NCBI GenBank assembly: GCA_963764625.1 | Contig: CAVXTH010000009.1 | Span: forward strand, 352,001-416,000 | DNA from: Candidatus Krumholzibacteriota bacterium | GTDB taxonomy: Bacteria > Krumholzibacteriota > Krumholzibacteriia > JAJRXK01 | Length of the DNA stretch: 64,000 bases | Reading direction: 5' to 3' | Shown here: positions 32,941 through 43,168 of the stretch, in pieces | How the letters are laid out: each line of letters starts with the position of its first letter | Numbering within the stretch: position 1 is the stretch's first letter | Translations under genes and position numbers: made by a program | Notes under the pieces: model-generated | Databases searched by the model: none | The model's input: the letters and a program-made list of their open reading frames with translations, nothing else | What the model was told of the DNA's origin: nothing

Positions 32941-34053
32941 TCAGACCGGTTGGGAGATGAGTGTCTTGCCGCTCTCGGGATCGAAGAAATGAGCGCGGCT
33001 CAGATTCAAGAGCAGCGGAACCTCCTGCTCGACGGAGATTTCAATCGTGGAGGGAATGCGGCTGGTGGCTGTCACGCCCTCTAGATTCCAGTAGAGTAGA
33101 GTCTCGCTTCCCAGGGGTTCGATGACCTCGACAGTGGCTCTGATCTCGGCGCAGAACGGGAGTGAAACGGCCGAGTCTGCCATTGGCGCGTCTTCAGCCC
33201 TGAGCCCCAGAATCAGTTTGCGCCGGCACAATCGTGCCAGTGCCTCAGGAATCGAGCCGCGGAGTTTCATCTGCCGCTCGCCAATCCGCAGAATGCCCCC
33301 TTCCTCTGTGCTCAGTTCCGCGGGCCAGAAGTTCATCCGAGGCGTCCCGACGAAACTGGCCACGAATCGGTTGGCGGGATGATTGTAGAGCGCCATTGGA
33401 GTTTCCACCTGCTGTACGATCCCATCATTGATGACCACGATCCGGGTTCCCATGGTCATGGCTTCCACCTGATCGTGCGTAACGTAGAGCATGGTTGCGC
33501 CCAGCTTGTGGTGGAGGCGCGAGATCTCCGTTCTCATTTCGGCCCGCATGTCGGGATCGAGATTGCTGAGCGGTTCATCGAAGAGGAAGACTTTGGGTTC
33601 TCTGACGATGGCCCGTCCTACCGCCACGCGCTGACGCTGACCTCCGCTGAGCTCTCCTGGCCTCCGCTTCAGAAGCGGTTCGATTCCCAGCACGTGCGCG
33701 GCCCGTCGTACGCTGGTCTGGATCTCCTCGCGGGGAACCTTTCTGATGCGCAGCCCGAGAGCCATGTTGTCAAAAACGCTCATGTGGGGGTAGAGCGCGT
33801 AGTTCTGGAAAACCATCGCGATGTCACGTTCACGCGGTGGCACTTGGTTGACGATTTTATCGTCGATGCGAATCGTTCCCTCGGTTACGTCCTCGAGACC
33901 GGCCACCATGCGTAGCAGCGTCGACTTTCCGCAGCCCGAGGGACCGACCAGCACCAGAAACTCCTGATCGTGCACGACGAACGAAGCATCACGCACGGCC
34001 TTGATGGTGCCCGCGTAGGTCTTGGACACGTTTTCGATCGAGACCTGAGCCAT
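32941..34053 (-). CDS. Sugar ABC transporter ATP-binding subunit (MalK/MsmX/UgpC type), orphan
   Basis: 'GPSGCGKST', 'FQNYALYPHM', 'LSGGQRQRVA', 'HDQVEAMT', C-terminal TOBE 'VIEPLGSE'. Confidence 0.93.
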   Translation of the reverse strand: MAQVSIENVSKTYAGTIKAVRDASFVVHDQEFLVLVGPSGCGKSTLLRMVAGLEDVTEGTIRIDDKIVNQVPPRERDIAMVFQNYALYPHMSVFDNMALGLRIRKVPREEIQTSVRRAAHVLGIEPLLKRRPGELSGGQRQRVAVGRAIVREPKVFLFDEPLSNLDPDMRAEMRTEISRLHHKLGATMLYVTHDQVEAMTMGTRIVVINDGIVQQVETPMALYNHPANRFVASFVGTPRMNFWPAELSTEEGGILRIGERQMKLRGSIPEALARLCRRKLILGLRAEDAPMADSAVSLPFCAEIRATVEVIEPLGSETLLYWNLEGVTATSRIPSTIEISVEQEVPLLLNLSRAHFFDPESGKTLISQPV

Positions 34054-34312
34054 GGGGACCCTCCACGTAAACCGACCAGAGGCCGAGTCTAGGCAGCTCG
34101 CGCCGCTTTCGTCAACGCACCAGGGTCAAATTCACCGTTTCGGTCCGCGATGTGGTGGATCGGCAAGAACAGTCGAATGACTGCCGGATGCTGGCATCTT
34201 ACCACATTGCTGGGCGGAGAGAAGAACGGTGGAATTCTCGCGCGGGTTCGGTGAGACTGCAACCAGGCCTTGTTTCAAACCGCGAATCTGTGCCCGGAAG
34301 GGAGGAGAACGC

Positions 34313-34723
34313 ATGGACCGGATCGTAGTCGCAGGAAGAGAGTATCGCTACGCCACGCGCTTCGAACGGTGGCTCGGTCAGTTTCTCGACGGGGTGATCT
34401 ACTCGGCGCTCGTCCTCATTCCGATCCTGCTCTTGAGCGCCATTTTGGGGGACATGATGGCGGTTTTGATTGGGTCCCTCCCCGCGCTGTTCTATCTTCT
34501 GTTCCAGGATGGCTTGCCCGACGGCCAGAGCCTGGGCAAGAAGGGCGTGAATTCCCGCGTGATCAACGCCACCACCGGCGTGCCTTGCAACTTCGGCGAG
34601 TCGTTCGTGCGCAACATTTCGCTTCTGGTTCTCACGTGGATCGACTGGGTCTTCATTTTCGGAGAGCGACGTCAACGTCTGGGCGACAAGCTCGCCAACA
34701 CGGTGGTGGTGAAAGCGGACTGA
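34313..34723 (+). CDS. RDD-family membrane protein
   Basis: GGAGG RBS, 'RW...LD', 'GQSLGKK', 'RQRLGDKLANTVVV'. Confidence 0.9.
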   Translation: MDRIVVAGREYRYATRFERWLGQFLDGVIYSALVLIPILLLSAILGDMMAVLIGSLPALFYLLFQDGLPDGQSLGKKGVNSRVINATTGVPCNFGESFVRNISLLVLTWIDWVFIFGERRQRLGDKLANTVVVKAD

Positions 34724-34868
34724 GACCCGCTCTGGAGGATTTCAGATCCCTGCGCCTCAAATCGCGGCCAGGGTGTTCTTCAATTCCATAAGATCGGTGA
34801 GGACCCGAGCGCCGCTCCACACCCTGATCGAAATTTCCGCGCTCTACCAAGCCGTGCAGTGAAGGATC

Positions 34869-36344
34869 ATGTACGAGGTTCCCACCGTCAGAGTCCAGGC
34901 ACTCAATGCGATTTCCCCGCGTCCGGATGGCGAGTTCGTTCTCTACTGGATGGTCGCCCAGCGACGCCTGGGATGGAACTTCGCCTTGCAGAGGGCCGTC
35001 GCGCTCGCCGCGGAGATGCGGCGGCCCCTGCTCATCCTCGAAGCTCTTCGCGTGGAGTACCCGTGGGCTTCCGACCGGCACCATGCCTTCATCTTGGAGG
35101 GCATGCTCGAGCACGACGGACGTCTGCGAAACAGTGGAATCGGCTACTACGCCTATCTCGAGAGCGCGCCCAGAGCCGGCTCGGGTCTGCTGGCCGCCCT
35201 GGCCGCGCGCGCGGTCTGTGTCGTGACCGATGACCATCCCGGGTTCTTCTTTCCTCGCATGCGCCAGCGCGCGGCGCAAACGATCGGGTGCGCCATGGAG
35301 GCGGTGGATTCCTGCGGAATCATGCCCGTAGCGCAGCCTCAGCGCGCCTTCCCGAGCGCGCATTCCTTTCGGCGTCATCTCCAGCGTGAACTGCACGGGC
35401 CCTTGCGCGAGTTTCCAGAGCCGGACCCGCTCCGCGGCGCCAACGGTCTTCGCTTTGCCTCGGATCTGAAGGAGATCGAGGCTCGCTGGCCCCGTCTGCG
35501 GCCCGGAGACTCCATTGGTTCGCTGCTCGCGTCACTTCCCATCGACCATGCCGTGACCCGGATCAAAGGCCGCTGGGGCGGGAGCAAAGCCGCGCGCTGC
35601 GCGCTCGAGGAGTTTGTCGAAACGAGGCTCGCTGGCTACGCGCGCGATCACAATCAGCCCCAGCAGCACGCGAGCAGCGAGCTCTCGGCCCATCTGCACT
35701 ACGGGCACATCTCGAGTCACGAGGTCTTTACTGCACTAGCCGAGCGCGAAGGGTGGAACTTCTCCCGCGTTTGTGGAGACTGCACTGGAGCCAGGAGAGG
35801 TTGGTGGGGCATGTCGGAGGGCGCGGAGGCGTTCCTCGATCAACTCCTCAGCTGGAGAGAGCTCGGTTTCAACGCGGCTCGCTTCCTCGAAGACTACCGC
35901 GAGTTCGACTCGCTTCCCAGCTGGGCGAAAACCACTCTATTCGAACACGAGAATGACCCGCGGCCCCATACCTATTCCCTGGAAGAATTCGAGGAAGCGC
36001 GCACACACGATCCCCTCTGGAATGCGGCGCAGACCCAACTCGTGCGCGAAGGAGTGATTCACAACTACTTGCGGATGCTCTGGGGTAAGAAGATCCTTCA
36101 CTGGAGCGCCAGCCCCCGCGAAGCACTCGCGACGATGGTGCAACTCAACAACAAGTATGCTCTAGATGGGCGTGATCCGAATTCCTACAGCGGCATCTTC
36201 TGGGTGCTGGGCCGTTACGACCGGGCCTGGGGACCACAGCGGCCAGTCTTCGGCAAGATCCGCTACATGAGCTGCGAGAACACAGCCCGGAAACTCCGGG
36301 TGAAAGGATACGTCGAACGCCATGGGAGCCAGACTTTGGTGTAA
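34869..36344 (+). CDS. Deoxyribodipyrimidine photolyase (class II CPD-like)
   Basis: 'VLYWM...R..WNFAL', 'SELSAHLHYGHIS', 'THDPLWNAAQ', 'YLRMLWGKK', 'DGRDPNSY'. Confidence 0.9.
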   Translation: MYEVPTVRVQALNAISPRPDGEFVLYWMVAQRRLGWNFALQRAVALAAEMRRPLLILEALRVEYPWASDRHHAFILEGMLEHDGRLRNSGIGYYAYLESAPRAGSGLLAALAARAVCVVTDDHPGFFFPRMRQRAAQTIGCAMEAVDSCGIMPVAQPQRAFPSAHSFRRHLQRELHGPLREFPEPDPLRGANGLRFASDLKEIEARWPRLRPGDSIGSLLASLPIDHAVTRIKGRWGGSKAARCALEEFVETRLAGYARDHNQPQQHASSELSAHLHYGHISSHEVFTALAEREGWNFSRVCGDCTGARRGWWGMSEGAEAFLDQLLSWRELGFNAARFLEDYREFDSLPSWAKTTLFEHENDPRPHTYSLEEFEEARTHDPLWNAAQTQLVREGVIHNYLRMLWGKKILHWSASPREALATMVQLNNKYALDGRDPNSYSGIFWVLGRYDRAWGPQRPVFGKIRYMSCENTARKLRVKGYVERHGSQTLV

Positions 36345-36356
36345 GGGAGTGCCTCT

Positions 36357-36929
36357 GTGACTCGGTACGGGAGAGTTTTCCTCGCCCTCGGCTTGCTGTC
36401 CACCGCGGCCGGTGGCGCCCGTGGAGGGTCGAGCCCCACGCTGGCTCCCCGAGTGGTGGATCACCTGGATCTGCTGCGCTATGTGGGACGGTGGTACGAG
36501 ATCGCCCGGATTCCCAACCGATTCCAAAGGGACTGTGCGTCGAACACCACGGCGGACTACCGACGGTTGGCTGACGATCGCATCGAGGTGACGAACCGCT
36601 GCCGCACCCGCGACGGCAAGTTCCTCACGGCCCGCGGGGTGGCGCGGATCGCCAGCGGAGACAACCCGGCGCGGCTCGAGGTGAGCTTCGTGAAGATTCT
36701 GGGCCAGCAGCTTTTTTGGGGGGACTACTGGGTGATCGGTTTGGGAGAGAACTACGAGTGGGCCATCGTTGGCCACCCGCAGCGCAAGTACGGCTGGATC
36801 CTCGCGAGCAAACCCCGGCTCGACGAGACGACTCTGCGCTTGATCCGCGCGCAGTTGATCGACCAGGGCTACGACCCCAATCGGTTCGTCACCACGCCGC
36901 AAAGTCAGGATGCGGAGCCAGGCTACTGA
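36357..36929 (+). CDS. blc: Lipocalin (Blc family)
   Basis: 'DLLRYVGRWYEIAR', 'GDYWVI', 'YGWILA'; signal peptide. Confidence 0.9.
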   Translation: MTRYGRVFLALGLLSTAAGGARGGSSPTLAPRVVDHLDLLRYVGRWYEIARIPNRFQRDCASNTTADYRRLADDRIEVTNRCRTRDGKFLTARGVARIASGDNPARLEVSFVKILGQQLFWGDYWVIGLGENYEWAIVGHPQRKYGWILASKPRLDETTLRLIRAQLIDQGYDPNRFVTTPQSQDAEPGY

Positions 36930-36977
36930 GTTTGCCGGCAGCCTCCTTCACACTCGCCGCGGAAGTCGTCCCTACGA

Positions 36978-39863
36978 TCAGCGAATCAGCGTGAGCTTCT
37001 GCACCATGGTGCGGTCGGCCCCGCCTCCTCGCACCTGCAGACGCGCGAAGTACTCGCCGTTCGCCAGCGGGCGGCCTCTCTCGTCGCGACCATCGAACTG
37101 AACCAAGTGCTGGCCGGCTTCCATGGAAGTGCGCACGACCTGGCGCACCCGCCGTCCTCTCACGTCGTAGAGATCGATCTGCACGCCAGCCCTGCGAGGG
37201 AGCGCGAACGAGAATACGGTCGAACCACCGGTAGGATTGGGTCGTGGCGGCGCGAAGGAAAGTAGGGTGGGCAAGCCCGAATCCCCCACCGCGGTGACGA
37301 CAGCGCTCTCACACTGCCAGCAATTCGTACGTCCCGGATCTCCGCCCACCATGGGCCATTTTCGATCGGGGAGCGATTGCGGGGGATGGTTCACGTCCCA
37401 TACCGAGAGCAAGCTGTCACTGAGCACCACGATCTCGTTGCTCGAATCATCGTCGATGTCACCGACGGCCGAACCGAGCTGTGTGGGCCGGGCGATGGGT
37501 TTGGGCCAGCCTCCCACGCCAAAGCCGGTGTTGGTCCAGGCCCAGCCTTGTTGCATGCTCGAGTTGGCGATGTTCGCGCTCGCGGTGTTGATGAGCGATT
37601 CGATCACCGGATCGGAGTAGGTCCCCCCAGCCCCGCCGGAGGTGCCTTTCGGATAGAGGCTCTGCAGCGCGCCTCCGTTGAGCGCCTCGTACATCTGTCC
37701 CGCCGCGCAGAAGGTGATCTCCGGAGGGGACGTTCCGATGAGTTGTCCCGCCGCGACGCGGGTCACGAAGCTGCCGGTACCCGTGTCGATACTCCAGGGG
37801 TTGTTACCCGCGCTGTCATACGCGTGGACGAGACCGTTTACGGTGGGGACCAGGATCTCGCGCATGCCATCCAGATCCATGTCTGCGAGGGTCACCGGCC
37901 CCGAAATGGAATACAGGGTGACGTCGTGAGACCACCCGATCGATTGGGTGTCGGGATGGAGCAGGTACAGCCAATCGTTCGCCTCCACCACCAGATCCGG
38001 CTGATCGTCTCCGTCCACGTCGCCGATCGAGGGCGGCTCGGTGATCACGCGGGAAAGCGGGATCTTGGCCTGGAGAACTCCGCGATAGTTCAGCACGTAG
38101 ACCCCGTTGCCACTGCAGGCCACGATCGAGCGCGGGTAGGGGGCCAGGACCGCCCCGATCGCCACGTAGGTATCTGCGTGCATGAGGGTGTCGTAGGGGA
38201 AACCGGGCATGACGACTCCATTGGGATCGAAGGCCCAGATCTGGCCGTCTGTGTTGCCCACCACGATGGCCGGCAGCCCGTCTCCGTTCAGGTCGCCAAT
38301 GGCCACCTGACCGGCATCCGGGATGTCTCCCACGTCCTGCGGCCACCCCCCGTATTCCAGACCCGAGGGATTCAAGGCGTGTACCCTGCCCTGGGTGTCG
38401 CTGTAGACGATTGCGTGGGGAGCATTCGTCCCCAGATACGCGATCGCGGGCGGCGTCGCCGGCACGTGGTCGAGGGCGACCGGGAAGCCGGGCTCCAGAT
38501 TGGGATGGCCGGGATCGGTGAACCAGGTGGCGTCGAACCTCAGAGTCTGATCCGAATCCAGGGGCCCGCAGAGGTACACCGAGGGAACCCACGCCACCGC
38601 GAACGCCCCGGGTAGCATCGGGTCCGCGGTCAGTCCAGGGGCGGCCACTCCCCAGATCGGGTCGGCGGGTGAGAAACACAAGACCGGCCCCGGTACGCCG
38701 GTCGAAGGGTCGACGTCGAGGACGATCGGCTGCTCTTCACAGCTCAGCGAGTTGCCGTTGTTGTCGTAGCGGCCGGTGACGTACAGATGGGCCCCGGTGG
38801 GATCGAAGAAGAGGCGGAACATTTCCTCCTCTTCGGGGAAGCTCGTGGTGTCGGCGGTGGCCCAGGTCGAACCTCCGTCCGCGCTGTGCTTCAAGAGTGC
38901 ATTGCCGCCAAAGCTGTTGCGCAGATAGAGAATGTACACGTCGGATCCGCTGGGCGACGCTGCAATGCCGTTCATCCAGGAATCGACGGTGCCCGTGGAC
39001 AGGGTGTGGGCGACCTGGGATGACCAATCGGACAGCCCCGAGTTCGCGTAATTGGCGGCGTACATGGTCCGGGCCGAATTGTTGATGCAGCTGGGGCCAA
39101 TACAATTGTCGCCGTAGTCGAAGGCGAGCTGAACGCGATCGTTGCCGCCAAACGCGATGTGAGGATTGAGATAGTAGTCAGGGCTCGCGACCGAGTCAAA
39201 GGTCAGGGCATAACTCGCCTCCCAGCTATCTCCCTTGTCCGTCGATCGGGCAAAGTAGAGGTTTTGTTGATTGCTGGCCGGAGTTCCCGTCGCCACCGCG
39301 TAGAGGTAGTAGTCGCCGTACGAGGAGACGTCGGAGGCAAGGTCCCCATCATTGAAGTCGTACCCGCTGAGGGCGAAGGGCGTGGTCACGGTCCAGACCG
39401 GGGTGGAGCTGTTGGGGCTCGTCCACGCGTGGCGAACGACCGAATCGCTGCCGTCGGCGAACGTGACCACATAGAGTATGTGCAGCCGTACTTGCGTTCC
39501 CTCGGCCAGGAGGAAGCGAAGCTGCGCCGTCCGTTCGCCGCTCGCCTTGGGCAGGGTGGACCAGAGTTCCCAGGTGGTGCCGTTGTCGAGGCTCCGGTAG
39601 ATGGTGGTGGTGCGTTCGATGGTGGGGGTGTAGGCGATGTTGGAGAGGGCGCAGAAGAGTTTCCCGTCGCTCGTCTTGACGAGTTCGGGATCGCCGACAT
39701 TGCCACTGAGATCCTGCACGATGATGGCGTCATCGCCCCCCACCAGTGGCGCGAAGGCGAAGGCCGCGGTGACGGTGAACCACAGCGTGAGGAAGAGAGC
39801 TACCAGGAAGCTGAGGCGCGAAGTGGGCGAAGCGGGAGAGAGAACGTAAGGGCGTGAGACCAT
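36978..39863 (-). CDS. Large secreted protein: BNR/Asp-box propeller, FG-GAP propeller and FlgD-Ig/T9SS-type C-terminal domain
   Basis: Asp-boxes 'SLDNGTTW', 'STDKGDSW', 'SADGGSTW'; 'GDLNGDG', 'GDVDGDD', 'ADMDLDG', 'GDIDDDS'; C-terminal 'PNP...YDVRGRRV...FDGRDERG...GEYF...KLTLIR'. Confidence 0.85.
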   Translation of the reverse strand: MVSRPYVLSPASPTSRLSFLVALFLTLWFTVTAAFAFAPLVGGDDAIIVQDLSGNVGDPELVKTSDGKLFCALSNIAYTPTIERTTTIYRSLDNGTTWELWSTLPKASGERTAQLRFLLAEGTQVRLHILYVVTFADGSDSVVRHAWTSPNSSTPVWTVTTPFALSGYDFNDGDLASDVSSYGDYYLYAVATGTPASNQQNLYFARSTDKGDSWEASYALTFDSVASPDYYLNPHIAFGGNDRVQLAFDYGDNCIGPSCINNSARTMYAANYANSGLSDWSSQVAHTLSTGTVDSWMNGIAASPSGSDVYILYLRNSFGGNALLKHSADGGSTWATADTTSFPEEEEMFRLFFDPTGAHLYVTGRYDNNGNSLSCEEQPIVLDVDPSTGVPGPVLCFSPADPIWGVAAPGLTADPMLPGAFAVAWVPSVYLCGPLDSDQTLRFDATWFTDPGHPNLEPGFPVALDHVPATPPAIAYLGTNAPHAIVYSDTQGRVHALNPSGLEYGGWPQDVGDIPDAGQVAIGDLNGDGLPAIVVGNTDGQIWAFDPNGVVMPGFPYDTLMHADTYVAIGAVLAPYPRSIVACSGNGVYVLNYRGVLQAKIPLSRVITEPPSIGDVDGDDQPDLVVEANDWLYLLHPDTQSIGWSHDVTLYSISGPVTLADMDLDGMREILVPTVNGLVHAYDSAGNNPWSIDTGTGSFVTRVAAGQLIGTSPPEITFCAAGQMYEALNGGALQSLYPKGTSGGAGGTYSDPVIESLINTASANIANSSMQQGWAWTNTGFGVGGWPKPIARPTQLGSAVGDIDDDSSNEIVVLSDSLLSVWDVNHPPQSLPDRKWPMVGGDPGRTNCWQCESAVVTAVGDSGLPTLLSFAPPRPNPTGGSTVFSFALPRRAGVQIDLYDVRGRRVRQVVRTSMEAGQHLVQFDGRDERGRPLANGEYFARLQVRGGGADRTMVQKLTLIR

Positions 39864-40050
39864 GGGATCCCTCCGTATACGGGCCAGCACCGAGACGGGT
39901 CCGCCCGAGCCCTAGGGCTCCGGCGGCGGAGGGGGATCCTCATCGGGGTGTGGCTTCCAGTATGCCACGGCCTCGAGGTGTTACGCCAGCGCGCGGAGCG
40001 TTCCCGCCCCGCGCGCTGGTCTCGGCCTCATCTCGTGGTTTGCTCGCGTC

Positions 40051-41838
40051 CTAGCGGGTTGCCGGCTTGGCAGCCGCGTCCGGGATGTCGTACCCTGGCA
40101 GGGCCAGCCCCAGGAGGTAATTCTGGGTCCAGCTCCAGTTCCCCGAGGCGTCCTCCTCACGATCGCGTTCCCACACCTTCCCGATTCCCGGTGCGTACCA
40201 GAGGGTGTCCGCGCCCGACTGGACGGTGTCCATGCCATCCATCATCGCGAAGTCGAGGGTCCACTTCCAACAGTCGTACCACAAAATCTGCTGTAGGACG
40301 ATGCGCTTGGAGGAGTTAGGCCAGCTTCGCTGCTGCTTCAGCGTGAAGCCGGGAGCCAGGGGCAGGTCTTCCTGTCCCACCAGCTGCGCCGCATAGTTGA
40401 TCTGAACCGTGGCGCTGTCGTTGGAGGCGGTCGTGGTTCCACTCCAGCTCTGGGCGCTCAGAGGCAGTTTGAGCCAATCCACCGGCGGGTTCAACGTGGT
40501 CTCGAGGAGCACGCCTGCGTCGTACTCGGTGAACCCCATGAGCTTGATGGCGCTACCGGTGCGGCTCAGGATGTCCCAGCCGTTCTCTGTCTGGAACGCG
40601 TCGTCATAGCTCACCCGATCCCAGGTGGTCGAATTCTCACGCCGCAAGCTCTCGTAGGTACCGTAGAACTCCGGGCCCATCTGTCCCGAGCCCTGGTCGT
40701 AGTAGCGGATGCTCTGGAAGAGGAACTTGAAGCCGTCGACGAAGGGGTAGTAGTCGACGTCCCCGCTCACGGTGAGCGAGAGATCCAGCCCCTGAGTATT
40801 CGAGTTGCCCGCCATGTCCGTAAAATGGTCGAAGGTCGCGCGTAGAGGCAGACCACTGGGCATGGGGGTGGGAAGCGGCACCGTGAAGACGGTAAAGTTC
40901 TCCGACCACTGCGGTTGTTGATTCGACGAATTCACCAGGAGAAGGAGCTGAGCCCCGATGACCGAAGGATCGAAGTCGTTCGGATCGATCGGTTCGTCGA
41001 AGGTGAAGCGAATGAAGGAGGTGGTGGGGGGAATCGTCGAGCCATTGGCGGGCTCCATCGACAACAGACTCGGCGCGGTGGTGTCCCCCGTAGAGCCGGT
41101 CTCGAACTCGATGACGGCCTGCGTGGTGAGAGTGCGTCCATCGTCGGCCTGTGCCGTCACGGGGATCGTCACGCGAATCGTCGCGTTGGCGGGCAGGGGG
41201 GGATTGAAGCTCAGAGTGATCCAGTTGTCCTGACCCGATGCGACCTGAAACGCCAGATCCACGAGTCCGCCCGGCGGATTGGGAAGCACCTGTTGCACCG
41301 AGATCTCGCTGGTGAGCGAGGAGACGTTCATCCGGGTGGAAAAGAGCAGGGTCAGCTGTGAGTTGGTGTTCACTCCGGTGGCCTGATCGGCGGGGAGGCT
41401 GCTCAGGAAGAGCACTGAACTCGTCTGCGTCCAGAAACTCCAGGAGTAGGCAGTCCCCAGCGTTCCACCGCTGGCGCTCTTGATGCCCGCATCGAGGGTC
41501 ACCATCACCTGTTCCCCCTGGGTCCAGCTCGTATGCTCCACTTCGATGACGTCGTTCGCGGGTCGATTGACCTGGGTGACGGTCGCCGAGCCGAGGCCGA
41601 TGAGGCCACTCAAGTCTTGGGTGGCGTCGAGGGGCTGATCGAAAGTGACGCGCACCGGCTGCATGGGATCCACGGAGGCATCCAGATCACTGGGTTGCAC
41701 GGTCACCACATGGGGTGCGACCGGAGTAGTCGACGGCCCGGTGCTGCTGTTGCTGCAGCCGGCCTGCCAGAACAGAGCGCTGCCCAGCAGCAGCATGAGT
41801 GCGAACGGGACACCCTTCCGGATGTGCGTGGTCTTCAT
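40051..41838 (-). CDS. Lipoprotein with three Ig-like (Big_5/SbsA-type) domains
   Basis: GAGGAG RBS, lipobox 'QAGC', repeats 'VRVTFDQPLD', 'LTLLFSTRMN', 'IRFTFDEPIDP'; 'DTTAP'; C-terminal 'WYAPGIGKV'. Confidence 0.82.
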   Translation of the reverse strand: MKTTHIRKGVPFALMLLLGSALFWQAGCSNSSTGPSTTPVAPHVVTVQPSDLDASVDPMQPVRVTFDQPLDATQDLSGLIGLGSATVTQVNRPANDVIEVEHTSWTQGEQVMVTLDAGIKSASGGTLGTAYSWSFWTQTSSVLFLSSLPADQATGVNTNSQLTLLFSTRMNVSSLTSEISVQQVLPNPPGGLVDLAFQVASGQDNWITLSFNPPLPANATIRVTIPVTAQADDGRTLTTQAVIEFETGSTGDTTAPSLLSMEPANGSTIPPTTSFIRFTFDEPIDPNDFDPSVIGAQLLLLVNSSNQQPQWSENFTVFTVPLPTPMPSGLPLRATFDHFTDMAGNSNTQGLDLSLTVSGDVDYYPFVDGFKFLFQSIRYYDQGSGQMGPEFYGTYESLRRENSTTWDRVSYDDAFQTENGWDILSRTGSAIKLMGFTEYDAGVLLETTLNPPVDWLKLPLSAQSWSGTTTASNDSATVQINYAAQLVGQEDLPLAPGFTLKQQRSWPNSSKRIVLQQILWYDCWKWTLDFAMMDGMDTVQSGADTLWYAPGIGKVWERDREEDASGNWSWTQNYLLGLALPGYDIPDAAAKPATR

Positions 41839-41968
41839 GACAGCTCCTCTCGTCTCAGAAATAGGGGGCGGGACCCTATGAGTTATCACCTTGGCCAAGA
41901 GCCCTAGCACCTACTGCGCTCGCAGCCAAGCGAAAGTCTGGTCCCGCACGGCACGCGGTCTCAGGGTA

Positions 41969-41993
41969 CGCGAGGAGGTGACATTTCCTCGCG
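41969..41993. terminator. Hairpin immediately downstream of the D-cysteine desulfhydrase gene
   Basis: CGCGAGGA...TCCTCGCG inverted repeat; no U-tract. Confidence 0.35.
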
Positions 41994-41994
41994 C

Positions 41995-42999
41995 TCAGAG
42001 GGGCAGAAGCTCGGCCGCGCGCTGAAAGAGGGTGGGGAGGCCTCCGGTATGCCAGAACACCAGCGTCTGGTCGCGGTGAAACACGCCCTTTCGGATCAGA
42101 GCGATCAATCCTTTCATGGCGCGTCCGGTATACACCGGATCGAGCGCCACCCCTTCCATGCTGGCCATAAGGCGCAGGGCCTCGCGCTCTCCTTCTCCGA
42201 TGACGCCGTAGCCAGCGCCGTGAAACTCGCCCGAATAGTGGATGTCCCTCGAGCTGAGACTCGAATCACTTCCCAACAGCTCGGCCGCGCCGTGTGCGAT
42301 GGAAACTATCTGTTGCTTGAACTCCTCGGGGCTTCCCTCCTCCGGATCGATTCCGATGCCGAAGGGTGTCACCCCGGGCGCGTACCAGTGCAGACCCTGC
42401 GCCAGTCCGGCATGCGTTCCACCCGAACTGGAGGCGAAGACCACGTGGCTGGGGTGTTCGTCCTTCTCCTCCAACTGCCGCGCCAGCTCGCGGGCCGCGT
42501 TCACGAATCCCAGGGCACCGAGGGGATTCGATCCGCCGTAGGGAACCAGGTAGGGATGCGCACCTTCGGCTTTCAGGCGGGCTGCGATCGCGGGAATGTC
42601 CTCGCCTTTGCGATGCTCTCCGCAGAAATGCGGCGTCGCACCACAGAGTAGATCGAGAAGGAGATTTCCCTCGGGGACGGCCGGCGCCTTACCGGCCAAC
42701 ACCAGGTGACAGGCCAGACCACAGACCGCCGCGGCCGCCGCGGTTTGACGGCTGTGGTTGGATTGCTGGGCTCCTCCGGTGATGACGGTGTCACAGCCGC
42801 GCGCCAAGGCCTCGGCCAGCAGGAACTCGAGCTTGCGAACTTTGTTTCCCCCGAAGGCGAGACCGATCAGATCGTCGCGCTTGATCAAGAGGCGCGGCCC
42901 CCCGAGCATCTGGCTCAGACGTGGCGCTTCGACCAAGGGAGTGGGGAGCTGGGCGAAGCACTGGCGGGGAATCGCATCCCAGCCGGCCTTGGAACTCAT
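41995..42999 (-). CDS. dcyD: D-cysteine desulfhydrase (ACC deaminase family)
   Basis: 'KRDDL..GGNKVRKLEF', 'QSNH', 'DPVYTG' and 'HTGG' (Thr/Thr rather than the Glu/Leu of ACC deaminase). Confidence 0.88.
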   Translation of the reverse strand: MSSKAGWDAIPRQCFAQLPTPLVEAPRLSQMLGGPRLLIKRDDLIGLAFGGNKVRKLEFLLAEALARGCDTVITGGAQQSNHSRQTAAAAAVCGLACHLVLAGKAPAVPEGNLLLDLLCGATPHFCGEHRKGEDIPAIAARLKAEGAHPYLVPYGGSNPLGALGFVNAARELARQLEEKDEHPSHVVFASSSGGTHAGLAQGLHWYAPGVTPFGIGIDPEEGSPEEFKQQIVSIAHGAAELLGSDSSLSSRDIHYSGEFHGAGYGVIGEGEREALRLMASMEGVALDPVYTGRAMKGLIALIRKGVFHRDQTLVFWHTGGLPTLFQRAAELLPL

Positions 43000-43168
43000 G
43001 GACTTCTCCTGGGTACACGCAGAGGGAAGCAGACGAAAGTGCTGACAGGGAGGCACGTTCCGTGCAAGATTCGGAACGAACGTCCACTCACCATGGACGG
43101 ACACTTCCCCGTCGGACCTCGAAATCCCTGTGGGGGTCCCAGTCGTCCTCTCCGCACCGGAGTCCACG

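Noticed and set aside
41995-42999. ACC deaminase call
   Set aside because: The diagnostic positions are Thr/Thr (YTG, HTGG), not Glu/Leu.
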